Assembly: GCA_964187785.1 (NCBI GenBank)
Contig: OZ076411.1
Coordinates: 52,948,001 to 53,012,000, forward strand
Direction: 5' to 3'
DNA: 64,000 nt
Origin: Amphiscolops sp. MND2022
Lineage: Eukaryota
In this document: in pieces, positions 26,601 to 40,332 of the stretch
Layout: each line of letters begins with the position of its first letter
How positions within the stretch are numbered: position 1 is the first letter of the stretch
Program-made: the position numbers and the translations under genes
The notes under the pieces: model-generated
Databases searched by the model: none
Seen by the model: only the letters and a program-made list of their open reading frames with translations
Told to the model about the DNA's origin: nothing

Positions 26601-29531
26601 TTTCCAGGTTTATGTGGGTGGACAACTGGATGGCGTGGCAAATACCACTCTCGGGCGTTGTGAACTTTGAAGCAGTCTGTTTTGTCATTTCGCAGTGTAC
26701 CCTTTATCCAAGTCGTCTTGGATTTTTTTCCATAGTGTTGTTTCAACTCGGGGTCTTTACTGAAAAGTCGCTCCAACGCTTTCAGCTGTACCAAGGTAGA
26801 AAATTAGTTATTCGGCAAGCTACTTCGGTCTTCTGCCCACATCATTTCCACTTGGTACCGGCTACCGTCGTGGTAGGTTGTTTCGACAAGTATTTTCGAC
26901 GCCCTCGCATCAGCCGCCGAGCGCCAGTCTACTTGTTTATAAGTTCCTTACGATTCTATACGTTTCGTACGATACGTCGTATCTGTGTTGGAAGCCATTC
27001 CTGAACTTTCTTCCGGTTTAACGCTGCTTGTCGTTCCACCAATGCAACCTGATGTTTTGAGTTTCAATTTGCTGCCAATGACAGTATACTTTGTGAAAAT
27101 CCTCTCGGCCCCGTGCAAAAAGGTGTTGTGCGAGCTTCCACCTGCATCTTTTGTACACTTGCGGGGCTGTAGACACTGTCGAAACGAAAGATTGGGTTGG
27201 AAGCATGGATTGTTGTCTGCCACAATGCTTGCTCTTTCCATGGGTTTCTTTTTCTGAAAACTGGACGTCTCCACAACGGATGTTTGCCTTTACAGGAGAC
27301 ACAGTTTGGCAGTTGTTTCACTTTACCCTGCCAATTAGAACATTGATGGCTAGACGACGCTGTAGAGCCAAAAACTTTGGTGATAGTTTCGATCTTGCTT
27401 GCAGTGGTAGTACGGGCTTCGGTTTTTGGCTTGAGGGACGCATACTTCATGCGCTCATGCGCATCCGCCTTGTCTTTGCGCCAGTCTTCGAAATCGATCA
27501 GTGTTGACCTGTCCATTTTTCGCTTCACTGTGTGCACCAACCATGTTTCTTTCATATTTGGTGGAAGCTTCTGCACCGCTTGTCCGAGCAGCGATGCACT
27601 GGATAGATCTTATTGGTAATTCAGTTATCGGAAGACTCCCACTAGAGAACAGATGGTCGCTGAGTAACTGATGATGCTATCACTGTCGTGCATCTTTACA
27701 GGTGGGAAGTTCGATACCTTGTCTAGGTACGCAGTTACTACAGTCTGGGGTTGGCCTAATTTCCGTTCTAAAGTCTTCAGGGCGTCTTTATACATCTCTC
27801 CGCATTAGGCGAATTCGGAAATTGCAGTTTTGGCTTTGCCTGTGACGAGAGTTTTCAGGTATGTAAGCTTGACATCGTCTGTCAGTGGTGCCGCATCGAT
27901 CGCGTTTTTGAATTGGCCGAGCCATTTGTGCCCTTGTAGCGGATCTCCGCTGTATTGTGCTAACTTTCAATCGGGCAAATGACCTTTCTTGGTTGAAGTT
28001 AACAAAAGAGAAAGATCTTGAATAGAAAACCCGGTTGTACTTGGTTGCGGTATCGGCGTAGTTCCTGCTGGCACAAAGGTTGCAGCTGTCGGACTCAAGG
28101 ATGTGGTTGGTTGCGTTGTGTGGGCAATGGGAGTACTAAAAGTTGACGGTGGAATATAATACACAGTTCCCCACTGGTAACAGGTATCAATTGTACGTTG
28201 CTGACTAGTGCGAGAGCAACAGGAATGGTAGACACAATTGTCGGCGGGGACCGAGTGAAACTGTTGTGACAATCGGCGTCGGATTAACCGTCGGGTTCGG
28301 AAAAGTCCATGCGGACAAGTTAGGTAGAATGTGGTTCTCCGGCATGGTGAAGGTTGGCATCCTTGACGTTATTAATGACGACTACGGGACATGTGAGGAA
28401 GCACTGGTTGTTTGGACATAAGACACTTGTTACAAATTGCCAATGTTGATGACCCAGGTAATGGCAAAGTAGTCCCTGGAGATATAAATGATGTTACTGC
28501 CTGTGCTACAGCAGTAGGACTCATGGTTGTTACCGGGACGACTGTTGTTGGGACACCAATTACCGTGAGCGCTTGGTTCGTACCGTTCGGTATCACTATT
28601 ATTGGATCAGTATTACCCAGTGGCGGAAGAGACGTTGTCACTGTGGTAGTAATTGCAATCGACGTTGCAATGGCCGTGGAAACCTCTGCTTCCGGTTGGT
28701 TGTTGTTGGTAGTTACAACCGGCGAGTTGTTTGTCCGATCGCTTATCCTTTGATCATCGTGGGCTGTGCTTGTACCACACATTCGTGACAAAAATTCGTG
28801 CAAATCCTTGTTAGCTTCCGAAAGGTCATCTTGCAGTTCCAACTCCACAAGGTGAGCTTCTGCCAGTCCTTTCCGGTTTTCTTCTTTCAGTTGCTCTAGT
28901 TCGAGTTCTTGCTTCTGCTTGGCGAGTCGTATAGCGACTTCGTTCTGCCTTTCTATCTCTTCTCGCTTATGCTGAGCAATAAGCCATTCGCGATGCTTTT
29001 GACTGGAGGACTTGGACACTTTGCTACTAGAAGCTTTACTGGATTTGACTTTTTCCGAAGTCTTAGTTGAAGATTGTGATAGCCTTTCAACGATAGGGCA
29101 TTGGTATATGTACTCCTTTGCACTACTGAGAAGTCCATCATTTTAGATAGTAGTGTCATTCAGCCACTTTTCCAAATCGGCTTTTACAGGTGCAGGGTCA
29201 CTTGTTGTCCTAACAAGTTCGAGGAGCTGTTCATTCTTGGAGAACGCTTTGGTCATGGCCTCTTCGCAGTAAGTGACCAAACATTTGATGCGGACGCGTC
29301 TCTCGGCATTGTTAACTGCTTCGGTCACCTCCCTTTGAAATTTCTTCAGGTCGGCCTCATCTTTCGCATGATTTTTGAACACTTCCGTTTTTTCTCGTGA
29401 ACGGGGTCAGACATGATAATGTGGAAAGTGGTAATCGTTAACCGTTTATATCGTTAATATTTGTTATAACCGTTAATCGTTCCCGACGTCAACCAAACAA
29501 TTAAACTAGGACACAGTTCAAGAAAAAAAAT
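23641..29531 (-). mobile_element. BEL/Pao LTR retrotransposon 2, internal gag-pol region, degraded
   Basis: Gag starting MSDPVHEK (~29414) with coiled-coil and T/P-rich linker; KLPPNMKETW; CVSCKGKHPLW; RT (WYLPRHPVVHPHKPGKVRRV, LNNALFTGPDLLQ, YMDDYLES); RNase H region (WTDSTTVLHW); integrase zinc finger (HQTRCHQGV), PIDYFG, APYNGGVCERVVRS, LNPNHFLLG. Confidence 0.95.
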
Positions 29532-29869
29532 TGTGGTGGTAACCTGTGACAGCACGGTGTTTGTACAGTGCTTAGAGAAAGAAACTGGGGGTTTTTTGGT
29601 TTTAAAAGAAATCAGAGACTACATGGACGGAACACGATGACTCAAAGTCGCGTTGAAGAAGCGCGTCCTCAGTTAAGAGTAGAGCAGGTGAAGTACGAAA
29701 CGTCTTTTTCAGCGTATCATCCAGTCAGTCAAGACTGGACGCAACTCTGAAAAAAAGAGGAAGAGCTGAAGAGACGTCAACCGATCAGCGACGTTCGGAC
29801 ACTGCCTCAACAGCCAAAAGAAGCGGGAGGGGGTTACTGAGACGAAGGCAGCGAGGTAACCTTCTTTAT

Positions 29870-30550
29870 AGCGTAATGCGCACGCTTGCTAGGCCTTTTG
29901 TGGCGACTTTTGTCAGTTATTGCAGACAGTTGATTCTCTTTCTGGAAGACAAAGTCTAAGTTTTTCAGCTCAAGCTCTGAGTTTTGGTGCAACGCCATGA
30001 AATTTTTTGAGAATCTCGGGATCCTTTTGTTTTTTCACAGATACAGAATCTTTGACGATATTGAACACTTTGATACAATGATCAGTTTACAATACTTTCA
30101 ATTCTTCAAAAATGTTCGGAGTTACGGAGCGGTTACGTTGGCAATACACCAGAGCACAAAACTTCTCTTGAAGATTTTTCACAGTTTCAATCAAATCCAA
30201 CACAGATAACGCACGGATATTATTGTTATCGTTTTTTGAAACACTTTTGTTCAGAACATCCTGCCAAATTACAGTGTCTTTTTTGTCTTTCAGACCTTTT
30301 GAAAATAAGTTTTGAACAATGTTTCCAATTTTTTGTATTTGGATTCAGACTCAGGCGTGGGATGGTTTAGATTTTATCTTTAAAATGATCTTCCTCCTCG
30401 GTGGTTAGTTTTTCTAATGCATGATGCAAAGAACGGCGGCTACAGTAAAGACCATGGACTTTTTCGCAAAAAATACTTTTCAAGTCAAGAACTAAATTTC
30501 GATGATAGAAACTTATACGAATTGTTTCTTTCAATGGCGAAGTTTTCATA
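29870..30550 (-). pseudogene. Degenerate ORF of an SGNH/esterase-like family, copy A
   Basis: Minus-strand translation across stops and frameshifts: SRRSLHHALEKL...IPRLSLNPNTKN...TVIWQDVLNKSVS...LSVLDLIETVKNLQEKFCALVYCQRN...NIFEELK...IKVFNIVKDSVSVKKQKDPEILKKFHGV. Matches copies at 41.3-41.8 kb and 43.6-44.2 kb. Confidence 0.6.
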
Positions 30551-30684
30551 TTTTGCCACGTTTTGGGCCAAACACGTTGCTATCTCGTAGAATTAAAAAA
30601 GTAAACAGTTTCCAAAGTTGATTAGTTTTTTTTCTCTGTTACTAACGACCGCGGGTCTTCGTGGCGAGTTGGGGGATCATCGGT

Positions 30685-30895
30685 GGGTTGGGGGGTACAC
30701 TCGTCTCGATGTGTGTGGCGGGGGACGCTCTCGTCTGTGTGGGGGTGGCGGGGGGAAACACCCTCCTCTGTGTGCGGGTGGCGGGGGAACACCTTCGTCT
30801 GTGTGCTTATGGTGGGGGGAGAGCACCCTCGTCTGTGTATGAGTGGCGGGGGAATCACCCTCCTCCACGTGTGTGTATCTGGGGGGTGACCCTCT
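30685..30895 (+). repeat. G-rich minisatellite, ~6-7 units of ~31-33 bp
   Basis: Units like gtgtgcgggtggcgggggaacaccttcgtct; the overlapping ORFs here are artefacts of the repeat. Confidence 0.9.
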
Positions 30896-30999
30896 TTGGT
30901 CCAATTGATAATAATTATTCCGGAATAATCAAGAATTTTTGGGTAGTAGTTTCGAATACCCGAATATAAATTGAAGTGACTTTGTTCACTATGATAAAT

Positions 31000-33294
31000 G
31001 TTGGAGATTTATAGTAAACCTAGTATTCGAAAGAAAGTGATAGGGGAAGCATCTTTAGCATCCATCTCAGTACACGTTTTTGGAACGTTTCAAGTTTGCT
31101 TATCGAAGCTTTTGTGAGGTGGATGCACGGGGAGGCATAAATGATTATGGGTGGGATCAACTTTTTGTAGTAGAGACATAATTTTGGAAGGGCAAGGGTC
31201 ATTACTGAAGTGTATCGTTCAACATTTTAGGCAAACGTGGTTCTTTTCCTAATTTTTTTCTATGTGACTACTCCAGGTCAAATTTTTTCGGACATAATCC
31301 CCAAGATCTCTCATGACTTCTCCTGATTCGATAACTTCGTGGTTCAAGACAAACTATCAATTTTCAGAACAGAACTGTAGAAAGCTTTTTTGTCATTGGC
31401 AAAGTTCGTTCGATTGTCTTTGTTCCATTTTTCGAGTCGTTCTAGATCCAGTGAAGATTGAGATGGCCGGTAGTTGTGGTGATCAATTTCAAGTCGTCAG
31501 CAAAGAGTCGTCAGCAAGTCGTCTTTCGAATGTGAGAGTTTTGAAAAACTTCTGGCAGGTCGTTTGAAAAAATGCAAAACGGAAGCGTCATGATGATGGA
31601 CCTTGTGGTACACCGCTTGTTATTTTCAGCGTTGACGACTGGATGTTAGCTATTCGGGCAACGTCTAAGTAGAAAGCTCTTGTGACAGTTTTAGTGTCCT
31701 CGTCTAGTGCCTCATGAACATACCGAAGGTTGTTTCTTTGTACATACCTTCCCATGATGAAACCATGCTGAGAATTGATGACATGCTTCAAAAATTGTTC
31801 ATACAGGGGTTCATATATACCTCTCTCAAAACCTTAGACCGAAAAATTCAGAACGGTAACTGTTCTGTAGTTCCAGACAATATGTTAATCTTCTTTCTTG
31901 TGAATAAGTGTTAGAGAACCAATTTCACACTCATCTGGTACCTTTTTTGTTCGATTGATTGTTTTGAAGACCAAATACAGGATGTGACTCATTGGTTCAG
32001 CCAACTTTTGAAATGTACAGGAGGGGTTATTCAGGTCCTCTTGATTTGCTGATATCTGTCTTCTCAAGAATCAATTGATCTCATGAAATCAACATTCTTG
32101 GATATAGACAAATTTGTGAGTGTTGGCTCTTGGTCATCTTTCGTATTCAATATTTCTGACTTTGCAGGAGAGTTGAGGGAATACACCGTCTGGAAGTATT
32201 GGTTGAATAGCTCAACATTCTCCTGAACTTCGGGGCATTTTCTCCACCGAATCTTTGTTTATCTGGATTGGTCGTAGACTCATTCATAAATTTGAATTAT
32301 AAATGTTTGAATAATAAAATAGTACTCCAGTTCAAAAACAACTTTTTGAGGTTTTCTATTTTCTCACGTTCAGCTCCTTCAAGCAAAGTCTTGTCCAGTA
32401 CCATTAACTTCTGTTTTTTGTTTCAGGATGATTTTGCTTTGTCCTGAGTTTGCATCCCGTTCCTCTCGAGGAAAACTAAATTGGTGAACTCTGTCGACTG
32501 TCAATTTCTTGTTCTTCTTGGTCCAAATTTATCTATGACACTTTTACAGTACACTTTATATTCAGTATTCAACCTATTGACGCTAGTGTGACACACTGGT
32601 TGAAATGGATATGTGGCACTATAATCAGCGGATCCAAAACCGTAGTTGCGTTCATCTATTGGCTTCCCATTGAAGGTGCCGACATAAGCTTCTGCGCAGA
32701 CATTATGGGTATAGACTACGTCTATGATAATTCTGCTACACGTGGGAACATTTACAACCTGTTCAGCGTTAAGGTATTGGTATAGATTCATCATATCATT
32801 CTCTTACAAATCAGTGATCTGATTTAAGTTCCAATTAGTTGGGGAAACATTGATATCACTGCTTAGCATGAACTACTTGTACTTGTGAAGGATCAAAGTA
32901 CTAGGTAAAAGAGTGAAATTGGCAGTTGTGTATCCGTATAGACTAATTTTTGGAGGTTTTTGGAAATTGCAAATAACATTTGGCGCTTTTAATAGAACAA
33001 GTACTGCTACGTAACACAGTGGAAGTTTGATTTTCTTTCTTGAAACCGAAAGAAGTGCGTTGATAGCAACTAATACTCCACATGCTTTGACGCACCGGTT
33101 GTCGAGGACTCTCTAACAACGAAATAAGTTGAAGCCATCAGTATGTAGTTCAGCATCGTTCACATTTTCAACGAGCCTTGTTCCTGTTGAACACAGTGCG
33201 ACAAAGAACTCATACTAATCGCAGTTGCTGTTTTCATTCTTCTTTCAGTCTGGATCAAACTTCTTGTGTTAAGTAGTAGGCAACTTAACTTTGA
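31000..33294 (-). mobile_element. CR1/L2-like LINE ORF2 (APE endonuclease plus RT), degraded with internal deletions
   Basis: LLNTRSL; VVNVPTCSRIIIDVVYT; SLTLIHKKED; INSQHGFIMGR; AFYLDV; ITSGVPQG; PIIIYASP...KLETFQKRVLRW. Confidence 0.85.
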
Positions 33295-33299
33295 TAGTC

Positions 33300-34205
33300 T
33301 GTTGGAGCCAGTCTATTGCAAGACGCGAAACTGAAATTTGAACGTGACTGATGAAACTTCAAACCCAAAACTCTTGGAAAACTTTGGAAAGATATCAGTT
33401 TGAAATGGACAACTTTTGCCAAAATGGAGGCATGTAATTAAACACCACCCCTTCCCGGTGAACCATATCTTCAGTCACCTTGACACTCGGCACACATAGA
33501 GTCGTGGTGCTAACCTAACGTTTCACTCAGAGCACCCGACCCCGTATCTCTCCTGGGTTCGGAGCATTTAACACCAAAAAAGACCTATGTCGGACCCCAT
33601 GAAAACCCAAAAATCGATCGACAAATTATTTTGTAATTTTCTCTTATGACCTTGAAAGAATTGTAACTCTAATGAAATTAATGATATTTACATTGTGTAA
33701 ACATACTGTCTAACCCACCTAACCAACATGCCAAAACCACCACATAGTTTGTTTACTCAGCCAATAACTTCATATTATGCTTTAAATGTCATTTATTTAT
33801 ACTTTCTTATATTTGACTTATATTTACTGAAGAATTGTAAACGATGTTTATACCTTTATTAGATAGAGATTTTCTCCAATGAATAGCTATTGTCAACTTG
33901 GGTCTCATGACAGCGAGACTACTTAACTTTCCAGATCTTTACAAATTTTCGCTGGAGTCAGAGCGAACAAGTAGCTACTATCATAGTCGAGAGCCGGAGC
34001 GCGTAAAGATACAGAGCGGAAAGTTTGTGCTGGATCACATTGGATCCACCATAGTGTATAGCGGGATCACAGGCAAAAGATATAGTCCTTTAAAACGAAA
34101 AAAACAAGGATATGCTTAGTAACGGTCCACAGTAATAAGCAACGTATCAGGGCGGCGGAAAATTTGTCAAGACTAAGCATAGGATAAGGGCAAGCAGCTA
34201 TTACA
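33300..34205 (+). repeat. 5' LTR of BEL element 3 (~906 bp)
   Basis: TGTTGG...TTACA; 33710-34205 aligns with 39824-40327; followed by PBS-like tggttcgccgacc at 34208. Confidence 0.85.
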
Positions 34206-37200
34206 TCTGGTTCGCCGACCTGGACTAGAAGAAGCAGACGAAGACGAAGAAACTTTGTTTGTGGACAACTTAGAGAATTGCTCAAGAAGAACAGGTGTCT
34301 GACTCTTAGAGTCTCGGATTTTGTGTCTCTGGAAGATTGGGGAGGTTGGGCAACAGTGTCTCTGGGAGATTGGCCTATTGTGTCTATGGGAGTTTGGGCT
34401 ATTGTGACTTTGGAAACAAAAATCAATCGAAAAATGAAGAGATGGCTGGACCTTAACGGTTTGATATCAACAAAATCGAACACTTTCTGAAGAACTCTGC
34501 AGACAAAGACCAAACGTTGAGATTTTGGAATGCAGCTGTCGAGCACGGCAATTTTGTCAAAGAAATTGATGAGAACCTAGCAAGCGAAGTTGACGACAAG
34601 CAGAAAGCAGATTCATTGTTGCGACGAACAGATGCGATAAACAGGCGATATCAGCTCATTAAGGCAGTCGAAAATGCAATCAAAGTCAAGTACCTAACAC
34701 AGATACCCGAAATGTTCTCAGCATTGAACAAAACGACGCAGAGCCAATTTGTTGAGTTGCAGCAACAAAACTCGAGCATTGGAAGGGTGAAAAGACTGAT
34801 GTCAGCATTGCCAGATGAAAATCAGATACTCAACTATTTGTATCTTGAAGAAACGACACGCGGTTTTGATGAAAGAATGATTAGCAACAAAAAGTTGCGG
34901 GAAGATTCAATCGCAAATGGCAAAAATGTCGGCGAAGAGGATCTCAAAACAAAAATTGAAGCTCTGCTGAAGTCAGGAGACGAGGAGCCATTTTGCGAAG
35001 TCTTAAAGACGCTGAGCAAAGACTTGCAGAGGCTCGTGCAATCGCGGCAGCAGACAAATCCAGTAAAAATGGTACCCCACCACAAAATAACCGGAACTAG
35101 ACGACGAGCAAAAAAACTTGTTGGTCAAAACGCAGATGAAGGACAAGAAATAGAGCTACATTGCTGCAAATTGAAGAAATGAGCAAACATTCGGAAAGTG
35201 ACCAATCCAAAAGCAACAAAACATCTGTGATTTCGAAAACATCAAGTGCAAGACGAGTTCTGCACTTAGACCTAAAAGCTTTGAAAGAACAAGAAGAGCT
35301 GCAAAATTGCCTGACGAAATTAAAACAAATGGAAATACCTGGCCTGCGAGAAGAGCTGGTCCGCAAAGCCAAAATTGCTGAAATGGAACTGAAAATGGCG
35401 CAAGCGTTGAGCCGTTGTGGGTCTAGCTTCCGAAGTGTCTCACCGGTCGAGACTCCAGATGACAATCTGACGAAAGTCTAAGGATGGATGGACAAAACAG
35501 AAGAAGCTGAAAACGTTGCATCGTCAATTAACGTGCCACCAGGTTACCATCAAACGTTCATCTCAGCACCAGTGGTTGCAGTACGATCAACTCATGGTGG
35601 ACAATGCTCCGCGCAAGTGAGCGACTTGAAACCCTCAGAGCGAACGACCATATCCACAGAAGTCGCTAAGCGATGTATTGGAATTGACAAAACAAAGACT
35701 GTCTTAGATGCTGGTAGTGAATGAGCAAGAGCACATCTAAAAGTGGAATTCGCCACATCGAAACCGTCAATGACCCTTAAGGCAGGCCACAGTCGGCTAC
35801 CGCTAATGAGTGGAGGAAACCCAACCAGCGCATTTCATGTACCGCAGTTCGCGAACACACAAAAGAAGCATTTGCCAAGTCAAGTTACAAACACAGCGTC
35901 AAATGCAAGAGATGACTCTTCATCAGATCTAGTTTGCCAAAACTGAAGCTGGCAGAGTTTTTCGATGAACCTTTAGAGTGACCAGAGTGGTCGCAATTAT
36001 TCCACGCAACTGTCTATGCAGCGAACATGGACAAAAGTGTAACGATAAATTACCTGGAAACCATGGTCACAGGCAATGTCAAGAAAGCGATTGCTGGATT
36101 GGGATACACCGCTGAGATGTACAATGTGGCATGGAACGTTCTAGTTCGAAACTTTGGAAAACATAAAATAGTTGTAATGCACAACTGAAGAGAATTCACT
36201 CCTTTCTACCTATGATACCTCACGACGGAGCCGAATTGATAAAGTATGCGAGAATAGTATCGAGTTGCGTGAATGTTCTGACACAATTCAACTTTGTGGA
36301 AGACCTAAACTCAGAAGGAGTTCCGGCCAGCGCCACAAGAAAATTAGCGTTGGACATGAAAACTAATGGCTCACTTCTGTCAAGCAAATGAACCTGTATC
36401 AACCTGGACTCGCTGTGTTCAGTGAGCGGCACAATAAAAGAGAAGATGTTCAAGATGAATTGCTTTTGTCTTCAAACCTTAATGCTGATCGCGCGAAGTC
36501 GAGCTACAAAGAAAAAGCCAAAGGCTCCACGTTTGCGACATCAGCAACAAACACAACAAACACAGCGAGCGGAAATTCGTAAAACCAGCGAGATTGTGCA
36601 CTGAAACATGGTAAGCATCCAAAATGGAAAGGTGAGAAACTCAAAAAGATGAGCGTCGAAGAAAGAGGACAAAAAGCGAAAGAACTGAAGCTGTGTTTCA
36701 ATTATTTGTCAGACGCACATCAGATGATAAATTGCTCTGGCAGACTCTGCGGAGTCAATGGTTGCAGAAAACCTCATCACAGATTGATACACCGACCATA
36801 CAAAAAAGTGGAACAGAAGCAAAATGTTGAAAATGTCGGGGAGGTCTCTAAACTGTCCTCAATGAGAAGCAATGGTGTGCTTCCAATCATTCCAGTAACG
36901 ATAGGGAGTGGGAGCAAAACACTGAAAACATTCGCTTCGAAAAAACTCTGGAGCTAGTCAGTCGTTTGTAGACAAGAGTCTGATGAAAGTGTTGAATCTG
37001 ACGGGTAGCCTGTAGATTTGAATGTTGCATGGACACAAGCAACGTCAGATAGTAGTATCAAAAGGCTTCGTGTCAACATTGGTCATCAAGACGGAAAGGT
37101 CAATGAAAACATCACTGCCTATAGTCATCCCAACGTAAACGTGGGAAATCGAACGTAAAACGTCAAGAAATTGAAGGAAACATAGCCTCACCGGTCAGTT

Positions 37201-39823
37201 TTGAAAGACTCTACCGTCAACTTGAAAGATGTCAAAGTCACCTTGGGCCAAGTTTTCTATCACTTGCGCAGAGCAACAGAATATAGAAAAGGTGGAAACG
37301 CGAAGCCAGCCGTGAGTGCGAACGAAACTGGGATGGATGTTCAGTGGACCCTTGCCTCAACAAGAGATGGTGGAACTTGCAACTGAAAGCTTAGAAGACG
37401 TGGACGTGCTTGCTGCAGAAGACGTGGACCCATTAGCGGTTCAAGTGGAAACTTGGTGGAGCATGGAATTGTATGCTTCCAACTGCAGCGCATTTGGAAG
37501 CTTCATAGAGGATGACAAGGCCCTTGAAATGCTGGAAGCAACAACGAAGTTCGACGGAGAGGGGAACGAGATCGGGCTACTTTGGAAAAATGCAAAGCCA
37601 CATTTGCCAAACAGTTACAGTTCAGCAGTAGGTTGAATTCTCTCGAGCGCCGATTGGGAAAGGATGAGAACTTGAGACAACGCTACTAAGAGACTATTGA
37701 TGTGGACGTGAAATAGGGTAAAAGTTCCTGAGAAGTCTGGATGAACCAGAGCTTTAAAACACTTAAACAGATCTTCAGTGGTACGTTCCGCATCTTCCCC
37801 TGCCGAGCCCGAACAAGCCGCACAAAACAAGAAGAGTATGCAATGCTGCCTCAAAGTTGGGAGGTGTTTCACTAAATGATAATTTGATGGCAGGTCCAGA
37901 CCTTCTACAATCGCTGATAGGAATTATCTTCCGTTTCAGGGAGAAACAAATTGCCCTGACTGCCGATGTCGAAGCGATGTTTCTCCAAGTGAAAGTGCCG
38001 CCTGCTGATTGCAATGTACTGAGATTTTTGTGGAGAAATAAAAACAGAGAGCCGATCTCTGTGTATGAATAAGGAAGACAGATTTTTGGAGCTGAAATTT
38101 CGCCAACATGTGTCAACTAAGCTTTCAACAAGTCAAACGAGACTGCAAGGATGAAAATGGGATGGTCGATAAGTTGATAAAAAACATCACAGAGGAAGAA
38201 GCTGTTGACTTGTACAGGAGTATGCTAAAGTCCTCAGCGGATCGTGGTTTTCAACTAACGAAATGGATTTGCAACTCCGAGAAAGTGATGATAGAAATAT
38301 CTCCTGAAGACATATCAGTCGCGCGGAGTAAAGCATTCGAAGCTGAACCCTGGGCGCCTTCTATCTTGGGACTTCAATGGAATATGCGTTCAGATAGTCC
38401 TGAGATCTGCGGCGGTACAGGGAAAGAGGTGCCTGCTAAAGTCACTCAGCGAGTAGTTTTATCCCAATTATCTTCTGTGTTTTACCTTTGGGATTTTCCT
38501 CCTTCACAGTTAGGATGAGGTTGTTAATCAAAGGATTGTGGAAAAAACATGGGCAATCGTGGGACGAAGAATTATCTCCAGAAAACGAGATATATTCCAA
38601 GGATTGGGCATCGGAGTTGAGTCACATGAATGAGATGGCTCTCAAACGATTGAAAAATGGGACCCGATTGAAACAACTGATCGTAGACCAACACGACGTT
38701 GAAATTGAACGAACTTTTTTTGGATGGATTCGACAACTGTTTTGCCATGGTTGCAAGGTGCTAACAAAAAACAACCGGTGTTTGTGGCGAACAGAGTCGC
38801 AGAAACTATTGACAGTTCAACCATTGATCAATGGAGACATGTCGAAGGAACCTTAAACCCTGCAGACATTGGAACAAGAGGAAAATCTGTTCTTGAGGTG
38901 GATGGAGCGAATGGTTCACAGGGCCGGCACGGCTTGAGAGAAGGAAGATGCTTGGCCACAAACTTCACCACATTTTTTTCGACACAAAACAGAAGACATA
39001 GAACAAGTATTTGAAGACGTGATAGAAACAAAAGATATGGAATGAGGCCAATTTAGTTCTTTCGGAAGAATGACACCAAAATTTGTCTACTGTTTTCCGT
39101 TCTAGTCAAAAATCAAGCGAAAAATAGTCATGACAAAATAATTGCAGCAAGTGATACAAATTCTACTGCGGAAAAGCGATGGCTGCATCTGATCGCTTGA
39201 ACAAACTATCACCGTTTTTGGATTATCAGGACCTCATGCGATTAGGAGGACGCCTGCGTCGTGCTGAAGCGAGCTATGAAACGAAACACCCAATGTTGCT
39301 ATCTGCGAAGCATCCGATAGTGAGAAATTTGGTTTAGGATACTCACGGAATTAACTATCATGAAGGAGCGGAGTACGTTCGCAACATTTTGCAGCAGAAT
39401 TACTGGAAATTAGATTTTAAAACGCGCTCAGAAATGTGAAAATGAAGTGTGTTAAGTGCAGAAAACAACAAACTGGAGGAGTTCAACCTTTCATGGCAGA
39501 CCTTCCTAAAAAGATTAGAAGAGAGACGTTTCCTTTTTGCGAATGGTTAGAAGCGGCAAGAAAGCAATGATGGCTATTGTGGGAAACAGAACACTTTTAG
39601 ACGATGTATTATCCACAACAATGTGTCTAGTCGAGCAGATATTGAATTCAAGACCTCTGTCATGTGCTAGTGACGATCTCGAGGATTGTGAAGCTCTGAC
39701 TCCAAATCACTTCCTGCTAGGACGAGCGAGTCCAGCAACTCCATTTACACCTGATGGTTAGCGCTATACAGATCTGCGAAGAGTATTCAGAGTATATCAA
39801 GCATATGGGAATATGATATGGAG

Positions 39824-40327
39824 CTAACCCACCTAACCAATATGCCAAATGTTGTTTACTTAGCCAAAACATTCATATTATGCTTTAAATGTCATTTATT
39901 TATACTTACTTATGTTTGACTTATATTTACTGTAAATTTGAAAACGATATTTATACCATTATTAGATAGACATTTTCTCCACTGAATATCAATAGTCAAG
40001 TTGGGTCTCTGGACCGCGAGACTACTTACCTTTCAACATCTTTACAACTTTTCGCTATAGTCAGAGCGAACAAGTAGCTACTATCATAGTTGGAGAGCCG
40101 GAGCGCGTAAAGATACAGAGCGGGAAGTTTGTTCTCTATCACATCGATCCACACTAGTGCATAGCGGGATCGCAGGAGATTCCTTGGGTCACATCGGACC
40201 CACCAGCCAAAAGATACAGTCCTTTTCAACAAAAAAACTAGGAACGGTCCACAATACTAAGCACCGGATCAGGGCGGCGTAAAGTTTGTCAAGCCTCAGC
40301 GCAGGATAAGGGCAAGCACCTGTTACA
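39824..40327 (+). repeat. 3' LTR of BEL element 3, 5'-truncated by a deletion
   Basis: Homologous to 33710-34205; ends GTTACA followed by the TSD. The polypurine tract and first ~410 bp of the LTR are missing. Confidence 0.9.
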
Positions 40328-40332
40328 TAGTC

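Larger units (their letters stand above)
33300..40327 (+). mobile_element. BEL/Pao LTR retrotransposon 3 with both LTRs and 5-bp TSD (TAGTC), degraded
   Basis: TSD tagtc at 33295-33299 and 40328-40332. Gag, RT (SLNDNLMAGPDLLQSLIGI, DVEAMFLQVKVP), WMDSTTVLPW/NPADIGTRG, integrase remnants (LTPNHFLLG). RNase H core and most of the integrase core are deleted. Confidence 0.92.

Noticed and set aside
33480-33570. tRNA-like or ribozyme-like sequence in the BEL-3 LTR
   Set aside because: Only a partial gggttcgg, with no A-box or cloverleaf geometry.
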